Shown here in pieces: positions 40,053 through 50,611 of a stretch of DNA of 64,000 bases. The translations under genes and the position numbers were made by a program. The stretch's first letter is position 1. Every line of letters begins with the position of its first letter. The notes below the pieces were generated by a model. That model made no database searches. It was not told the origin of the DNA and saw nothing but the letters and a program-made list of their open reading frames with translations. Source of the DNA: a candidate division FCPU426 bacterium (GTDB taxonomy: Bacteria > Oederibacteriota > PGYV01 > Palsa-1178); the NCBI GenBank assembly GCA_963840035.1, contig CAWIXE010000003.1, forward strand, positions 96,001 to 160,000, read 5' to 3'.

Positions 40053-41192
40053 ATGGTTAAAAGAACATACTGGATGAACCTCATAGAGAAAGCTTTAAAA
40101 CACAGGCCCATATTGTGGCTGCGCGGCGTAAGAAGGTCGGGCAAGACCTTTTTGTGCAAAAGTATTACGGGCGTCACTTATTTTGACTGTGAAATGCCGG
40201 AGGCGCGCAGATATGTGTCCAATGAAATATTCCTGAAGGAAAATACAGGAAAGACCATTGTACTTGATGAAATCCATAAGCTTGACGACCCTGCGGGGCT
40301 GCTCAAAGTTGCCGCCGACCACCACCCGGGCACAAAAATAATCGCTACAGGATCTTCTTCGCTTGAAACCATAAAAAAATTCAGCGATACACTGACCGGA
40401 AGAAAAAGCAGGATACTGCTTACGCCGGTTATTTCCGCGGAGTATGCGGGTTTTGGCGCGGCTTCAGCGGCAACCAGGATGCTAAACGGCGGGCTTCCCC
40501 CATTTTTATCCTCAAAAACAAGGCGCGCTGAGGATTATAACGAGTGGATAGACTCCTACTGGGCGAGGGATATAATGGGACTTTTCAAACTTGAAAAGCG
40601 CGATTCTTTCATGAAACTCATGGAACTTGTCTTTAATGACAGCGGGTGCATCTTTGACGCGGGGAAGTTTGCAGCCGCGTGTGAAGTCTCAAGGCAGACA
40701 ATTAAAAATTATCTTTCAGTGCTTGAAACCACGTCCGCGGTATATGTCATAAGGCCCTATTCAGGGAGGAACTTAAACGAGATAGTAGCCAGGCCAAAGG
40801 TTTATTGTTTTGATACCGGGTTTATGGCTTTCATAAAAGGCTGGGATGCGCTAAGGCAGGACGATTACGGCATAATGTGGGAGCATCTGGTGTTAAACGA
40901 GCTTACAGCCGCCCTGCAAAACGAAAAGGTTTTTTACTGGAGGGACAAGCAGGGGCACGAGGTTGATTTTGTGGTCAAGTCAGGCAGGGATTCAGTGGAT
41001 GCCATAGAATGCAAGTGGAAGTCCGAATCATTTGACCCGGCAAACATGAAAATATTCAGGAATTATCACCCCGGCGGGACCAACTATGTCGTTTCTCATG
41101 ACGCACACGGGAAAAAAGTCATGGAAAAGAAAGGGCTAAAAGTCACTTTCACCGGTATTGAAGACATAATAGAACTGTTTGGAAAGGAGTAA
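40053..41192 (+). CDS. AAA_14 ATPase with DUF4143 domain
   Basis: GVRRSGKT, LDEIH, TGSS, GGLP, PKVYCFDTG, EVDFV, IECK. Confidence 0.88.
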   Translation: MVKRTYWMNLIEKALKHRPILWLRGVRRSGKTFLCKSITGVTYFDCEMPEARRYVSNEIFLKENTGKTIVLDEIHKLDDPAGLLKVAADHHPGTKIIATGSSSLETIKKFSDTLTGRKSRILLTPVISAEYAGFGAASAATRMLNGGLPPFLSSKTRRAEDYNEWIDSYWARDIMGLFKLEKRDSFMKLMELVFNDSGCIFDAGKFAAACEVSRQTIKNYLSVLETTSAVYVIRPYSGRNLNEIVARPKVYCFDTGFMAFIKGWDALRQDDYGIMWEHLVLNELTAALQNEKVFYWRDKQGHEVDFVVKSGRDSVDAIECKWKSESFDPANMKIFRNYHPGGTNYVVSHDAHGKKVMEKKGLKVTFTGIEDIIELFGKE

Positions 41193-41193
41193 C

Positions 41194-42708
41194 ATGAAGC
41201 TAAAAATATTACTGATAAACCCGCCCAGAGTTGACGGATTTCCCGTTGTCCGCGAGGAACGCTTTGAACATAAGGACATAGGTTCCGTATACCCGCCGTT
41301 ATCTTTATTATATACCGCTGCCGTTCTTGAAAAAAATCCGGATTTTGAAGTGCGCGTCCTTGACGCAAACGCGCTGGACCTTAACCTAAACCAGGTGGAA
41401 GCGGAGCTGCTTAAGTTCACCCCTGATGTTGTTATGTCGCGCGTGGGTTTTGATACGCAGGCGCCGGACCTGAAAGTCCTGTATGCGGCCAAATGCCTTG
41501 GCGCGCTCACTGTTTTAAGGAGCAAGATAATAGCCGACGTCCCCGCTTTGCGGGATGAGATATTAAAAGGCAATTCCGTTGACCTCTTTATAAATTCTGA
41601 ACCTGAGGCTGTTGTGGAAAAGCTCTGTATTGAGGTGATTAAAAATCTGCAGGCTAAAGCGCAAAAAGAACAGCCTGCTTCGTGCCTGCGCGACCCTGAC
41701 TGCAGGGCGGTGGATGACCTGGATTTCTTAACTCATGTGCCGGGTATTTCTTTTTATACCAACGGCAGGATAATAACGACGCTTCCGGCAAAAGAAATTA
41801 CCGACATAGACACGCTGCCGTATCCTGCGTACCACCTGCTTCCGTCATTAAAGCCATACCATACAGGGGTCATGGACGCGCCTTTCGCGCTTATTCAGAC
41901 CACAAGGGGGTGCCCGTTTTTATGCACTTTCTGCGCTTTTGGAAAGACGAAATGCAGGGAGCGCGGGGTTGAGTCCGTGATTAATGAGATAAAATATCTG
42001 AGGGACAAATTCAAAATAAAATCATTTCTATTCTTTGACGATACCATTTCCATAAAGCAGGGAAGGCTTGAGGAGCTTGCCAACAGGATGATAGAGGAAA
42101 AGCTGAACAAACTATCCTGGGTGTGCTGCACCAGGGCAAACCTGGTAAATTATGAAATGCTCAAAACCCTGAAAAAAGCCGGCATGAAAGAAATCGCCAT
42201 AGGCATAGAAACGGGCTCTGCTGAAATATTGAGGAATATTAAAAAAGGCGTGACCTTAGACGACATAAGGCAGTGCGCGAAGTGGTGCCATGAACTCGGC
42301 ATCATGTTCTACGGCCTTGCGATAATAGGCCTGCCCGGGGAGACCAGGGAAACGGTGAACGAGACAGTGGAATTCATAAAGGAGATAGACCCGTTCTACA
42401 CGCAGTTTTGTTTTTCCACGCCGTTCCCGAATACGGATATGTATGAATACTACGAAAAGAATAATTTTCTGCTTACCAAAGACTGGTCAAAATATTTCCC
42501 CCTGGCAGACGAGCCTGTTATAAGGACAGAGGCGCTGACAGCCGCCGACCTTAAGGAACTGCGCGCAAAGGCATATTCAAAAATATTGATGAGGCCGATG
42601 TATTTACTCAGGCAGATACGGCCGTTTGACTGGAAATGGAATGTTGTAGGCGCGGTTAAGATTGCGAACAGGATTTGGCGTGTGCTCACAGGCAGGCCGG
42701 TGAGGTAA
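41194..42708 (+). CDS. B12-binding-domain radical SAM protein
   Basis: LLINPP, YPPLSL, RGCPFLCTFC, FFDDT, GIETG, TPFPNT. Confidence 0.9.
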   Translation: MKLKILLINPPRVDGFPVVREERFEHKDIGSVYPPLSLLYTAAVLEKNPDFEVRVLDANALDLNLNQVEAELLKFTPDVVMSRVGFDTQAPDLKVLYAAKCLGALTVLRSKIIADVPALRDEILKGNSVDLFINSEPEAVVEKLCIEVIKNLQAKAQKEQPASCLRDPDCRAVDDLDFLTHVPGISFYTNGRIITTLPAKEITDIDTLPYPAYHLLPSLKPYHTGVMDAPFALIQTTRGCPFLCTFCAFGKTKCRERGVESVINEIKYLRDKFKIKSFLFFDDTISIKQGRLEELANRMIEEKLNKLSWVCCTRANLVNYEMLKTLKKAGMKEIAIGIETGSAEILRNIKKGVTLDDIRQCAKWCHELGIMFYGLAIIGLPGETRETVNETVEFIKEIDPFYTQFCFSTPFPNTDMYEYYEKNNFLLTKDWSKYFPLADEPVIRTEALTAADLKELRAKAYSKILMRPMYLLRQIRPFDWKWNVVGAVKIANRIWRVLTGRPVR

Positions 42709-42713
42709 GATAT

Positions 42714-42816
42714 AGTCCCAGGACCCAAGACTCATGACCCAAGTCAGCAAAAACACAAATGCATAAACAAAGACATTAGGTTGTGATTTTTGACTTGGGG
42801 CTTGGGTCATGGGGCT
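42714..42816. repeat. Inverted heptamer array (TGACCCA family)
   Basis: agtccca ggaccca agactca tgaccca agtca / tgact tggggct tgggtca tggggct. Confidence 0.9.
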
Positions 42817-42821
42817 TGTGT

Positions 42822-43022
42822 CTAATTTGCACTACAAATCACCATCCCCTTATTCCTGTAATTATTCCCGGTTATGGCGTCCTCGGGGTCGCCCAGGACC
42901 TGATCGGAAAAATCAGAGGAAAAATCGCCGGGGTAGGGATCCCACATATTCAGGTCACTTATGAAAATGACATTCTTTATGTCCTTTATCTTCATCTTAA
43001 ACATGGCCACTTTTACCTTCAT
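42822..43022 (-). CDS. Small hypothetical protein (66 aa)
   Basis: aaggagg 8 nt before ATG; no competing long ORF. Confidence 0.6.
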   Translation of the reverse strand: MKVKVAMFKMKIKDIKNVIFISDLNMWDPYPGDFSSDFSDQVLGDPEDAITGNNYRNKGMVICSAN

Positions 43023-43153
43023 AGCATTAGCCTCCTTGTTTGGAAAGCCTGCTTTCGCTTGTCCTTTTAAGCTGCCTTACACTATATATATCGGAATTCC
43101 AGCGTTAAAATTTAGACAAATATTATAAAGGTTGGTTTCTGTTAAAAAAAAGA

Positions 43154-43336
43154 TTAATTCTGTGATAAATAAAGGGTTTTTGAATGATTGCGTGAAGTTA
43201 AGAACTTAACGTAAGTATCACGGTGAACGGCGTCCTGTTCTTCCGTGACCCCGAAAAATGGCTCCCATTTGCTGAAATCTATGTCCTGGATGCTTTTCGA
43301 CCTATCAGGCGCAATGGTCTTGATTTTTACCCGCAT
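43154..43336 (-). CDS. Small hypothetical protein (60 aa)
   Basis: ggagg 7 nt before ATG; shares a motif with the neighbouring ORF. Confidence 0.6.
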   Translation of the reverse strand: MRVKIKTIAPDRSKSIQDIDFSKWEPFFGVTEEQDAVHRDTYVKFLTSRNHSKTLYLSQN

Positions 43337-43725
43337 TATAAAACCTCCGGCAGTAGTTAATAGAAAGTTTTAGCGATAGTACTTTTGGGATTGATTGCGG
43401 AACTGCAAAAGGGTAGTTTCTTACTTATATGCTACTATACTTGAGGCGGGGATTCAAGGAAAAAGTGGGTTGTGGGTGGTGAACCTGGCTTGATGATTGT
43501 AGATTCGGTTTTGTAGGTTGATTCCTGAATCGCCTAAACGCTGGCAGCTGCAGCAGGCTGTGTTTTATATGCGTAAATTAGGTTTTCTGCGCCTTTCTTC
43601 CTTATTATTTATATGCCGGTATGTCCCCTACAATTCTATTGAATTTTCCCATGTTTTCCGTATAATATCATGGATTTGTTAAAATCAGGGGCAGATTGCC
43701 CCAACACTATAAACGGAGGAATTAC

Positions 43726-45396
43726 ATGGAAAAACTCTCAGAACTGCAGAAATTAAGGCTCACCTACAAACCGGCTTTACCGGCAATATTAAAGTCTCCT
43801 TTTTCTTCAATCAAACCCAAGGTTGGCGCTGCCACAACGGCTATATCGGACCCTGAAAAACTTAAAAAAATATTTAAAAACATATTTGGCAAGCCCGTTG
43901 TCACCTTTACAAAGGGAAAGAACAATGGCTTTAACAAAAAAGCGTTAAAGGTCGGGGTCGTGCTATCGGGCGGGCAGGCAGCCGGCGGGCATAATGTCAT
44001 AGCCGGGCTCTTTGACGGGCTTAAAAAGGCCAATAAGAAAAACAGGCTCTTTGGATTTTTGGGCGGGCCTTCGGGCATCATTGACGGGAAGATGATGGAA
44101 ATAACAGCCTCCTTGCTGGAAGATTACCGCAACACCGGCGGTTTTGACATGATAAAGTCCGGAAGGACAAAGATCGAGACTGCCGAGCAGTTCAACAAGT
44201 CAAAGAACACCATAGTCAATAACGGCATAGACGCGCTCGTAGTCGTCGGCGGGGACGATTCAAATACCAACGCCGCCCTGCTCGCGGAATACTTCATGGC
44301 GGAAAAAGTGGCGGTCCAGGTCATCGGCGTGCCAAAGACCATAGACGGCGACTTAAAGAACGACATGATAGAAACATCATTCGGCTTTGACACGGCTACA
44401 AAGATATACTCCGAGCTCGTCGGCAATATATGCCGCGACGTTAATTCCGCGACAAAGTACTGGCACTTCATACGCTTGATGGGCAGGAGCGCTTCGCACA
44501 TCACCCTCGAAGTCGGTTTCCAGACCCAGCCGAACATAACGCTTATAGGCGAGGAGATCCTCGCTAAAAATATGACCCTTGCCCAGGTTGTCGACACCAT
44601 AGTTGAAGTCGTGCTCGAAAGGGCCGATAAGGGCAAGAACTTCGGGGTATGCCTGGTGCCCGAGGGTTTAATCGAGTTCATACCGGAGATTAAGGAACTG
44701 ATAAAGTCATTAAACGACACGCTTGCCACACATGAGCAGCAGCTAAAGGCCATAGAACATTTACGGGGAAAAAAGGATTATGTTTATGAAAATATCGAAC
44801 CGAGGCTTTCCGACCTCATGAAGTCGCTTCCTGACAACATCGAAAGCCAGCTGATACTTGACAGGGACCCGCACGGCAACGTCATGGTATCGCAGATAGA
44901 GACGGAAAAGCTGCTCGTGGAAATGGTGGAGAAGAAACTCCGCTCCATGAAAAAAGAAGGGGCTTTCAAGGGCAAGTTCGCCGCCATCACGCACTTCTTC
45001 GGATACGAAGGCCGCTGCGGCTTCCCGACAAATTTTGACACCAACTACTGCTACGCGCTCGGATATAACGCGGTTGTGCTTGTGGTAAACGGCATGACCG
45101 GCTATATGTCTTCGGTAAGAAATCTGACAAAGGCGCCTTCACAGTGGCTGGCAGGCGGAGTGCCGTTGACTATGATGATGAACATTGAAAGAAGGCACGG
45201 CCAGGACAAGGCAGTCATACAAAAAGCCCTGGTCGAACTCGATGGAAAGCCGTTTAAGGCCCTTGTCGCAATGCGCGATAAGCTGGCTCTCAATGATATG
45301 TACCTCTTCCCGGGTCCGATACAGTACTTCGGTCCCGCGCAGGTGGTGGACGCTACGACAAAGACGCTGCAGTTTGAGCGTGGGAAGAAAAAATAG
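43726..45396 (+). CDS. pfp: Pyrophosphate-dependent phosphofructokinase (long clade)
   Basis: SGGQAAGGHNV, GGDDSNT, PKTIDGDL, RLMGRSASH, GYEGR. Confidence 0.94.
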   Translation: MEKLSELQKLRLTYKPALPAILKSPFSSIKPKVGAATTAISDPEKLKKIFKNIFGKPVVTFTKGKNNGFNKKALKVGVVLSGGQAAGGHNVIAGLFDGLKKANKKNRLFGFLGGPSGIIDGKMMEITASLLEDYRNTGGFDMIKSGRTKIETAEQFNKSKNTIVNNGIDALVVVGGDDSNTNAALLAEYFMAEKVAVQVIGVPKTIDGDLKNDMIETSFGFDTATKIYSELVGNICRDVNSATKYWHFIRLMGRSASHITLEVGFQTQPNITLIGEEILAKNMTLAQVVDTIVEVVLERADKGKNFGVCLVPEGLIEFIPEIKELIKSLNDTLATHEQQLKAIEHLRGKKDYVYENIEPRLSDLMKSLPDNIESQLILDRDPHGNVMVSQIETEKLLVEMVEKKLRSMKKEGAFKGKFAAITHFFGYEGRCGFPTNFDTNYCYALGYNAVVLVVNGMTGYMSSVRNLTKAPSQWLAGGVPLTMMMNIERRHGQDKAVIQKALVELDGKPFKALVAMRDKLALNDMYLFPGPIQYFGPAQVVDATTKTLQFERGKKK

Positions 45397-45402
45397 GAAA
45401 AC

Positions 45403-45462
45403 AAAGCCCAAAGCCCAGAGCCCAAGGTTGCCTTGAGCTCTGGGCTATTCACTTTGGGCTAT
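45403..45462. repeat. Inverted heptamer array (AGAGCCC family)
   Basis: aaagccc aaagccc agagccc aagg / cctt gagctct gggctat. Confidence 0.88.
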
Positions 45463-45477
45463 ATTGAAGGAGACCAC

Positions 45478-48400
45478 GTGGGGAAAAAACCTAAGAAAGT
45501 AAAAAAGGCTTCAAAGCCTCTCAACAAAAATTTCAAGATATACTTCCTTTTCGGAATGATCCTGCTTGCGGCGCTTGTGCTGCGGCTGGCGCAGCCTGAC
45601 TGGTATAACGACAGGCAGTTCCACCCTGACGAACGCTGGATTGTGGGCAGCGCCGTGCCCATGATTAAATACTGGGGCGACAAACCCATCGGGCTGCAAT
45701 ACGGCTCGCTGCCATTATACCTTCTATCCACATATAACGGCGGAGTCACGGCATTAAGGAACGCCTTCTTTCCGCGTATGGACATGAACAAAGCGTTAAT
45801 CGGCGGGGCCAGGGCCATATCAGGGTTAATCAGCACCGGCACCATTGTTTTTATATTTTTAACCTGTCTGGTCCTTTTCCGGCCGGGGGTCGCGCTGCTG
45901 GCGGCAGCTTTGATGGCCTTTACCACACTTGATATCCACGCCGCCCACTTTTTTACAACAGACCCATTTATATCTTTTTTTGTTTCCATCTCCATTTATT
46001 TCTGCGCGAAGATATATAAGAAGGGGAAACTTATAGACTACATACTCGCCGGAGTTTTTTACGGCGCGGCTATAGCGTCAAAGACGGCGGCCCTTCCTTT
46101 TGCCGCGGCCATATTCGTCGCGCACATACTCCATTTTGTCACCATAAAGGGCAGCTCAAAAAGGGATAAGGAAAAGAAGACGGCTTCATGGGTGAATTTC
46201 GCTTGGGCAGTAACGGCGGTCGTGATTACGTTCTTCATATGCATGCCGCACGCCATACTTGATTACCCGAAGTTTGCCGCTGACCAGGATTACCAGAAAC
46301 GCATACTTATAACGGGCGAAGGCGATGTCCCGTATAACAGGCAGTACATAGATACTCCCAAGTATATTTTTTACATAGAGAACATGATTAAGTACACCAT
46401 GGGCATACCATACGGCACCATGGCATTCATCGCGTTCTTCTTCTATATATTTATTTTCTTCAGGGATTTAAAGGACGGCAGGATCGGGAACCGGGAAATA
46501 CTCATCATACTTGCGGGGCTTGTGCCGTACTTCCTCATCGTGGGTTTCTCATTCGCGAAGTTCAACAGGTACATGGTGCCCATGACTCCTTTTCTGGCGC
46601 TTTTAACGGCAAAGCTGCTTTTTGACATCAGGGACAGGCTTAAGGAAAAGAAAATAGGCACCGCGTTAATCGCGGTTGTTTTAGGAGGCGCGATGTTCTA
46701 CGGCATAGCCTTTATGAATGTTTACGCCAATTCGCACAGCTGGATTGAATCCTCCCGCTGGATGTTTAAGAACATACCGGCTGTGACCGCGGATATAAAA
46801 GGCGCGCCGCACAGGACAAGGGTATTAAATGAAATGTGGGGCGACGACCTTCCTGTCTGGGCTGACGGCCGCGGCGGGGAAACATATGAGAACCTCAAAT
46901 GGAATGTGCAGGAGCCTGACTCCCCGAACAAGATAGAGGAACTTTCAAACATGCTTTCCTTCACTGATTACGTGGCCATGGCTGACAAGCGGGCATACGG
47001 CACCTACCAGCGCCTGCCGAAACGCTACCCGATTAATTATTTTTATTATACGACCATGTTAAAGAACGCCGATATCCTCGGATATAAACTCGTCTATGAA
47101 AAGGTAAATTACCCGTCGTTATTCGGCATCACCATAAACGACGACAAGGCTGACGAGTCTTTCCAGCTTTATGACCACCCGAAAGTTTATATATTCAAGA
47201 ATGAAAAATATTTTACAAAGGAACAGTTAAAACAGATACTGCTTGACGGTTCGGCAAAGATTACGCAGGGCATAGGCGCCGCCACCGGCGGCGCGACAGG
47301 CGCGCTCAAAGAAATAGGCTCGGACAACCCTAATATCGGCAAGATACGGGACGCGGTAAAAGGCGTCATACCCCAGCTTTCCATCGTGTTCTGGTACCTT
47401 CTGATACAGCTGCTTGCCATGATGATGATGCCTTTGAACATGGTTATATTTAAGAACTTAAAAGACAAAGGCTACGGCCTTGCCAAGATAGCGGGATTGT
47501 TTTTCTTCGCCTGGATTAACTGGCTTCTGGTATCCATGAACGTTTGGAATTTTTACCAGATGAACCTGTGGATACTTCTGGCAATCCTTTTTGGGGTTAG
47601 CGCGTTCTTCTCAATAAAGAACAGGCCGGAAATAACCGCGTTTACAAAGTCGAACAGGGGTTATATTATAGCGGCTGAATCAATATTTTTAGCGGCATAC
47701 CTCTTATTCATCATTGTTAAGCTCTGGGCTCCTGATATACATAACGTCGCGGGCCACGGTTATAACGGCGGCGGAGAGCCCATGGGGCTTGCTTACTTAA
47801 GCGCCATATATAATGACGTAAAATTCCCGCCGCATGACCCGTGGATGTCAGGCTTTACCCTCAATTATTATTACTGGGGCCAGTTGATTTTAGCGACGGC
47901 GTCAAAGCTGTTAGGTTACCTGCCGAAGGTTACTTATAACCTTTCACTGGCAATATTGTTTGCCCTTTGTTTTATCTCTGCATTCTCGCTGGCGTACAAT
48001 ATGACGGGAAAGAAACGCTACGGCGTCCTGGCGGGGTTTCTGCTGGCGTGCGCCGGGAATTTCCATACCCTTGTTTTTATCATAGACAAGATGATAAACA
48101 GCCCGGACATACGCGGTTTCTTAGGCGGGGTTTTCTCGTTCCAGTTTATCTGGGACCCGACAAGGATATACCCCAGCCCTGTAATAACCGAACTTCCGTT
48201 CTTCTCATACCTGTACGGCGATTTACACGCGCATAACATAGTAATACCGGTCACCGTGCTTGCCATCGCCCTTATTTATAACGTCATGAAAAGCCCGAAT
48301 AAGGAACTAAGCCTGTATAAAAATTTAGGAAGCACGCCCGCTGAGATCGCCTTAACCTCGGCAGCGCTCTCCGTCACAGTGGGTTCCATGCTGGCGATAA

Positions 48401-49914
48401 ACACCTGGAATTTCCCTCCGGTTGTAATTACTTTTGGACTGGCGCTGGGAATGCTTGCGTTTATGCTCTACAGGGAAAACAGCAAGCAGGTCATGAAAAT
48501 GAAAACGCCGGTAAAGCTAAAAACACTCGGCGGATTCGGGGCGGATATTGCCGCGACCATGGCAGTCATTCTCGCTGTTGCATGGGCGGCATTTGTATTC
48601 TTTCACCTGAATTTTCATTCGCCTTATAAGGCGGCGCTCGGTCATGTCACAAGGCCAGAGCAGGCCGGCGTGTTTGTCGTATTTGAATACTTCTCCATAT
48701 TTTTTATAATCATATCCGCGTGGATGTTCCAATCATGGGCGTCCGGGTTTGAGACTTTTCTTAAAAAAACCGGGCTTTCAAAAATAAGGAACTTCAACTC
48801 GCGCAAGACCGGAAAAATGATAACAAAGGGCATAGACAGGATATTTGACAACCCGCCGCTGTTCCTGAGGTTTTTATCAGGGCTTATAGTGGCCGCTCTT
48901 TTTATCCTGCTTCTTTTCATCCAGACAGCGTTTGCATTCCTTTTTGTCATGATCGTTACCTGCGTATGGATGCTATTTAAGGCAAAATCAAGGGAAGAGG
49001 CGCTCGCGCTTGTGCTTGTTTTTGTATCTTTATGCATCGTCGTCGGGACGGAACTCTTCTACATAGCCGACGGCAGGATGAATACTGTTTTCAAATTTTA
49101 CATGGTAGCCTGGACGCTTCTGGCTTTAAGCGTCCCGTACCTCGCGTATATGTTCATGGAAACATTTAAAAAGCAGCTGAAACTGAAAAAATTTGACGGG
49201 CTCATCGCGGCCGGATCCGCCATAGCGTTCCTTGTGATACAGGGAGTGCTCGCGTTTGTGGACAACAGGACAGGCAACGGTTTCGCAAGGGTGTTTTTCA
49301 TCATGGCGGTATTTGCCGCGCCCCTTTTGTTTGTCATACTGCGCGACAGGGTCGGCAAGGCAGTGCTTGCAGGAGCTTTTATTTACCTGCTCGTGCCAGC
49401 TGTGTTATACCCGGTGCTCGGGTCCTTGACGAAAATGTCGATATGCAGCAGCGGTTTTTCCCAGGCGCCCAGGATAGACGGGACAAAATACATGTCGCGC
49501 ATGGAACAAAGGCCGGGCTCCACGAGGGATTTTGACAAATATGATTATGACTCCATAGAGTGGATAAATAAAAACTTCAAACAGATTGAGCCCATACTGG
49601 AAGCGCCGGGGGAAAACATGTACTCGGGAGTTTCCAGGATATCGATTTTCACCGGAATGCCGACCTTAATCGGATGGGGATACCAGGTAAGCCAGCAGAG
49701 CGGCCGCGATACCAACACTAGGAACATTAACGCAAATTACATATACGGCCAGTCGACTGTGGAAGAGGCATTGAACGTATTAAAGACATACAACATCAAA
49801 TACGTTTACATGGGGACAATTGAAAGATCCATGTATAACAACCCGATGAAATTCGCCGGAGTGGCGGACGTCGTGTACTCGAACGCGGGGGCTACGCTTT
49901 ATAAGATCAGGTAA
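45478..49914 (+). CDS. Large membrane protein: PMT/ArnT-like GT-C module fused to DUF2298 (YYY) module
   Basis: FHPDER, YGSLP, DESFQLYDHP; GGEPM, FPPHDPWMSG..LNYYYWG, GDLHAH, NTVFKFY; GTG start after gaaggag. Confidence 0.82.
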   Translation: MGKKPKKVKKASKPLNKNFKIYFLFGMILLAALVLRLAQPDWYNDRQFHPDERWIVGSAVPMIKYWGDKPIGLQYGSLPLYLLSTYNGGVTALRNAFFPRMDMNKALIGGARAISGLISTGTIVFIFLTCLVLFRPGVALLAAALMAFTTLDIHAAHFFTTDPFISFFVSISIYFCAKIYKKGKLIDYILAGVFYGAAIASKTAALPFAAAIFVAHILHFVTIKGSSKRDKEKKTASWVNFAWAVTAVVITFFICMPHAILDYPKFAADQDYQKRILITGEGDVPYNRQYIDTPKYIFYIENMIKYTMGIPYGTMAFIAFFFYIFIFFRDLKDGRIGNREILIILAGLVPYFLIVGFSFAKFNRYMVPMTPFLALLTAKLLFDIRDRLKEKKIGTALIAVVLGGAMFYGIAFMNVYANSHSWIESSRWMFKNIPAVTADIKGAPHRTRVLNEMWGDDLPVWADGRGGETYENLKWNVQEPDSPNKIEELSNMLSFTDYVAMADKRAYGTYQRLPKRYPINYFYYTTMLKNADILGYKLVYEKVNYPSLFGITINDDKADESFQLYDHPKVYIFKNEKYFTKEQLKQILLDGSAKITQGIGAATGGATGALKEIGSDNPNIGKIRDAVKGVIPQLSIVFWYLLIQLLAMMMMPLNMVIFKNLKDKGYGLAKIAGLFFFAWINWLLVSMNVWNFYQMNLWILLAILFGVSAFFSIKNRPEITAFTKSNRGYIIAAESIFLAAYLLFIIVKLWAPDIHNVAGHGYNGGGEPMGLAYLSAIYNDVKFPPHDPWMSGFTLNYYYWGQLILATASKLLGYLPKVTYNLSLAILFALCFISAFSLAYNMTGKKRYGVLAGFLLACAGNFHTLVFIIDKMINSPDIRGFLGGVFSFQFIWDPTRIYPSPVITELPFFSYLYGDLHAHNIVIPVTVLAIALIYNVMKSPNKELSLYKNLGSTPAEIALTSAALSVTVGSMLAINTWNFPPVVITFGLALGMLAFMLYRENSKQVMKMKTPVKLKTLGGFGADIAATMAVILAVAWAAFVFFHLNFHSPYKAALGHVTRPEQAGVFVVFEYFSIFFIIISAWMFQSWASGFETFLKKTGLSKIRNFNSRKTGKMITKGIDRIFDNPPLFLRFLSGLIVAALFILLLFIQTAFAFLFVMIVTCVWMLFKAKSREEALALVLVFVSLCIVVGTELFYIADGRMNTVFKFYMVAWTLLALSVPYLAYMFMETFKKQLKLKKFDGLIAAGSAIAFLVIQGVLAFVDNRTGNGFARVFFIMAVFAAPLLFVILRDRVGKAVLAGAFIYLLVPAVLYPVLGSLTKMSICSSGFSQAPRIDGTKYMSRMEQRPGSTRDFDKYDYDSIEWINKNFKQIEPILEAPGENMYSGVSRISIFTGMPTLIGWGYQVSQQSGRDTNTRNINANYIYGQSTVEEALNVLKTYNIKYVYMGTIERSMYNNPMKFAGVADVVYSNAGATLYKIR

Positions 49915-49916
49915 AG

Positions 49917-49948
49917 TGAGTAGCGGGTGGTGAGTGGCGGGTAGCGGG
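49917..49948. repeat. Unpaired heptamer array (TGAGTGG family)
   Basis: tgagtag cgggtgg tgagtgg cgggtag; near-identical to 11934. Confidence 0.8.
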
Positions 49949-50021
49949 CAGGAATAATGATTTAAAGCTGAAAGGCTTGGGTGTGTCGTTTAAATTAGAA
50001 ATTTTTTCCGAACGGAGCACT

Positions 50022-50567
50022 ATGGATATTATCGGCACTTTGAAAGCGTATGATATTGCTCTTTTTAAGTTTATAAACATTGGCCTTTATAACCATGCAA
50101 TTGCGGCGGTTATAAAGATTATTGCCAATGACATAACTGTGGTTGTTGTGCTGGCTGTAGGATTATATTTTATGGCCCGGAACTTCACTCAAAAGGCAAA
50201 ACTAAATCTGAGCTTTGGGCTCTGGGCTTTAATAACAACAAACATAATTTGCAATTTTGTGATAAAACCGTTCTTTAAAAGGCCGAGGCCGGTCGTGGAT
50301 ATACCGGGAATGCATTCGCTGGCCTGGGTTTCATATAAAAGCTACGCTTTCCCGTCCACCCACGCTGCCATGGCCATGGCCATCACCGTGGTGTTATGGG
50401 ATGATTATAAGGGTATGCGGCCATGGATGGTCCTGTTTAATCTGGGGCTTGCGTTTTTCTGCGTCTACACAGGCGGACATTATCCCGCGGACGTGGCCGG
50501 CGGGATGTGCGTTGGGTTGCTTATTGGGTTTGTGTTTAATTTGGTAAAGTCAAAAGTGAAAATTTAA
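50022..50567 (+). CDS. PAP2 family phosphatase
   Basis: KPFFKRPRP, FPSTH, GHYPADV. Confidence 0.9.
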   Translation: MDIIGTLKAYDIALFKFINIGLYNHAIAAVIKIIANDITVVVVLAVGLYFMARNFTQKAKLNLSFGLWALITTNIICNFVIKPFFKRPRPVVDIPGMHSLAWVSYKSYAFPSTHAAMAMAITVVLWDDYKGMRPWMVLFNLGLAFFCVYTGGHYPADVAGGMCVGLLIGFVFNLVKSKVKI

Positions 50568-50611
50568 AAACGTAAATTTAAGGCTGGGATAAAAATATAA
50601 AGTGAGGAAAA

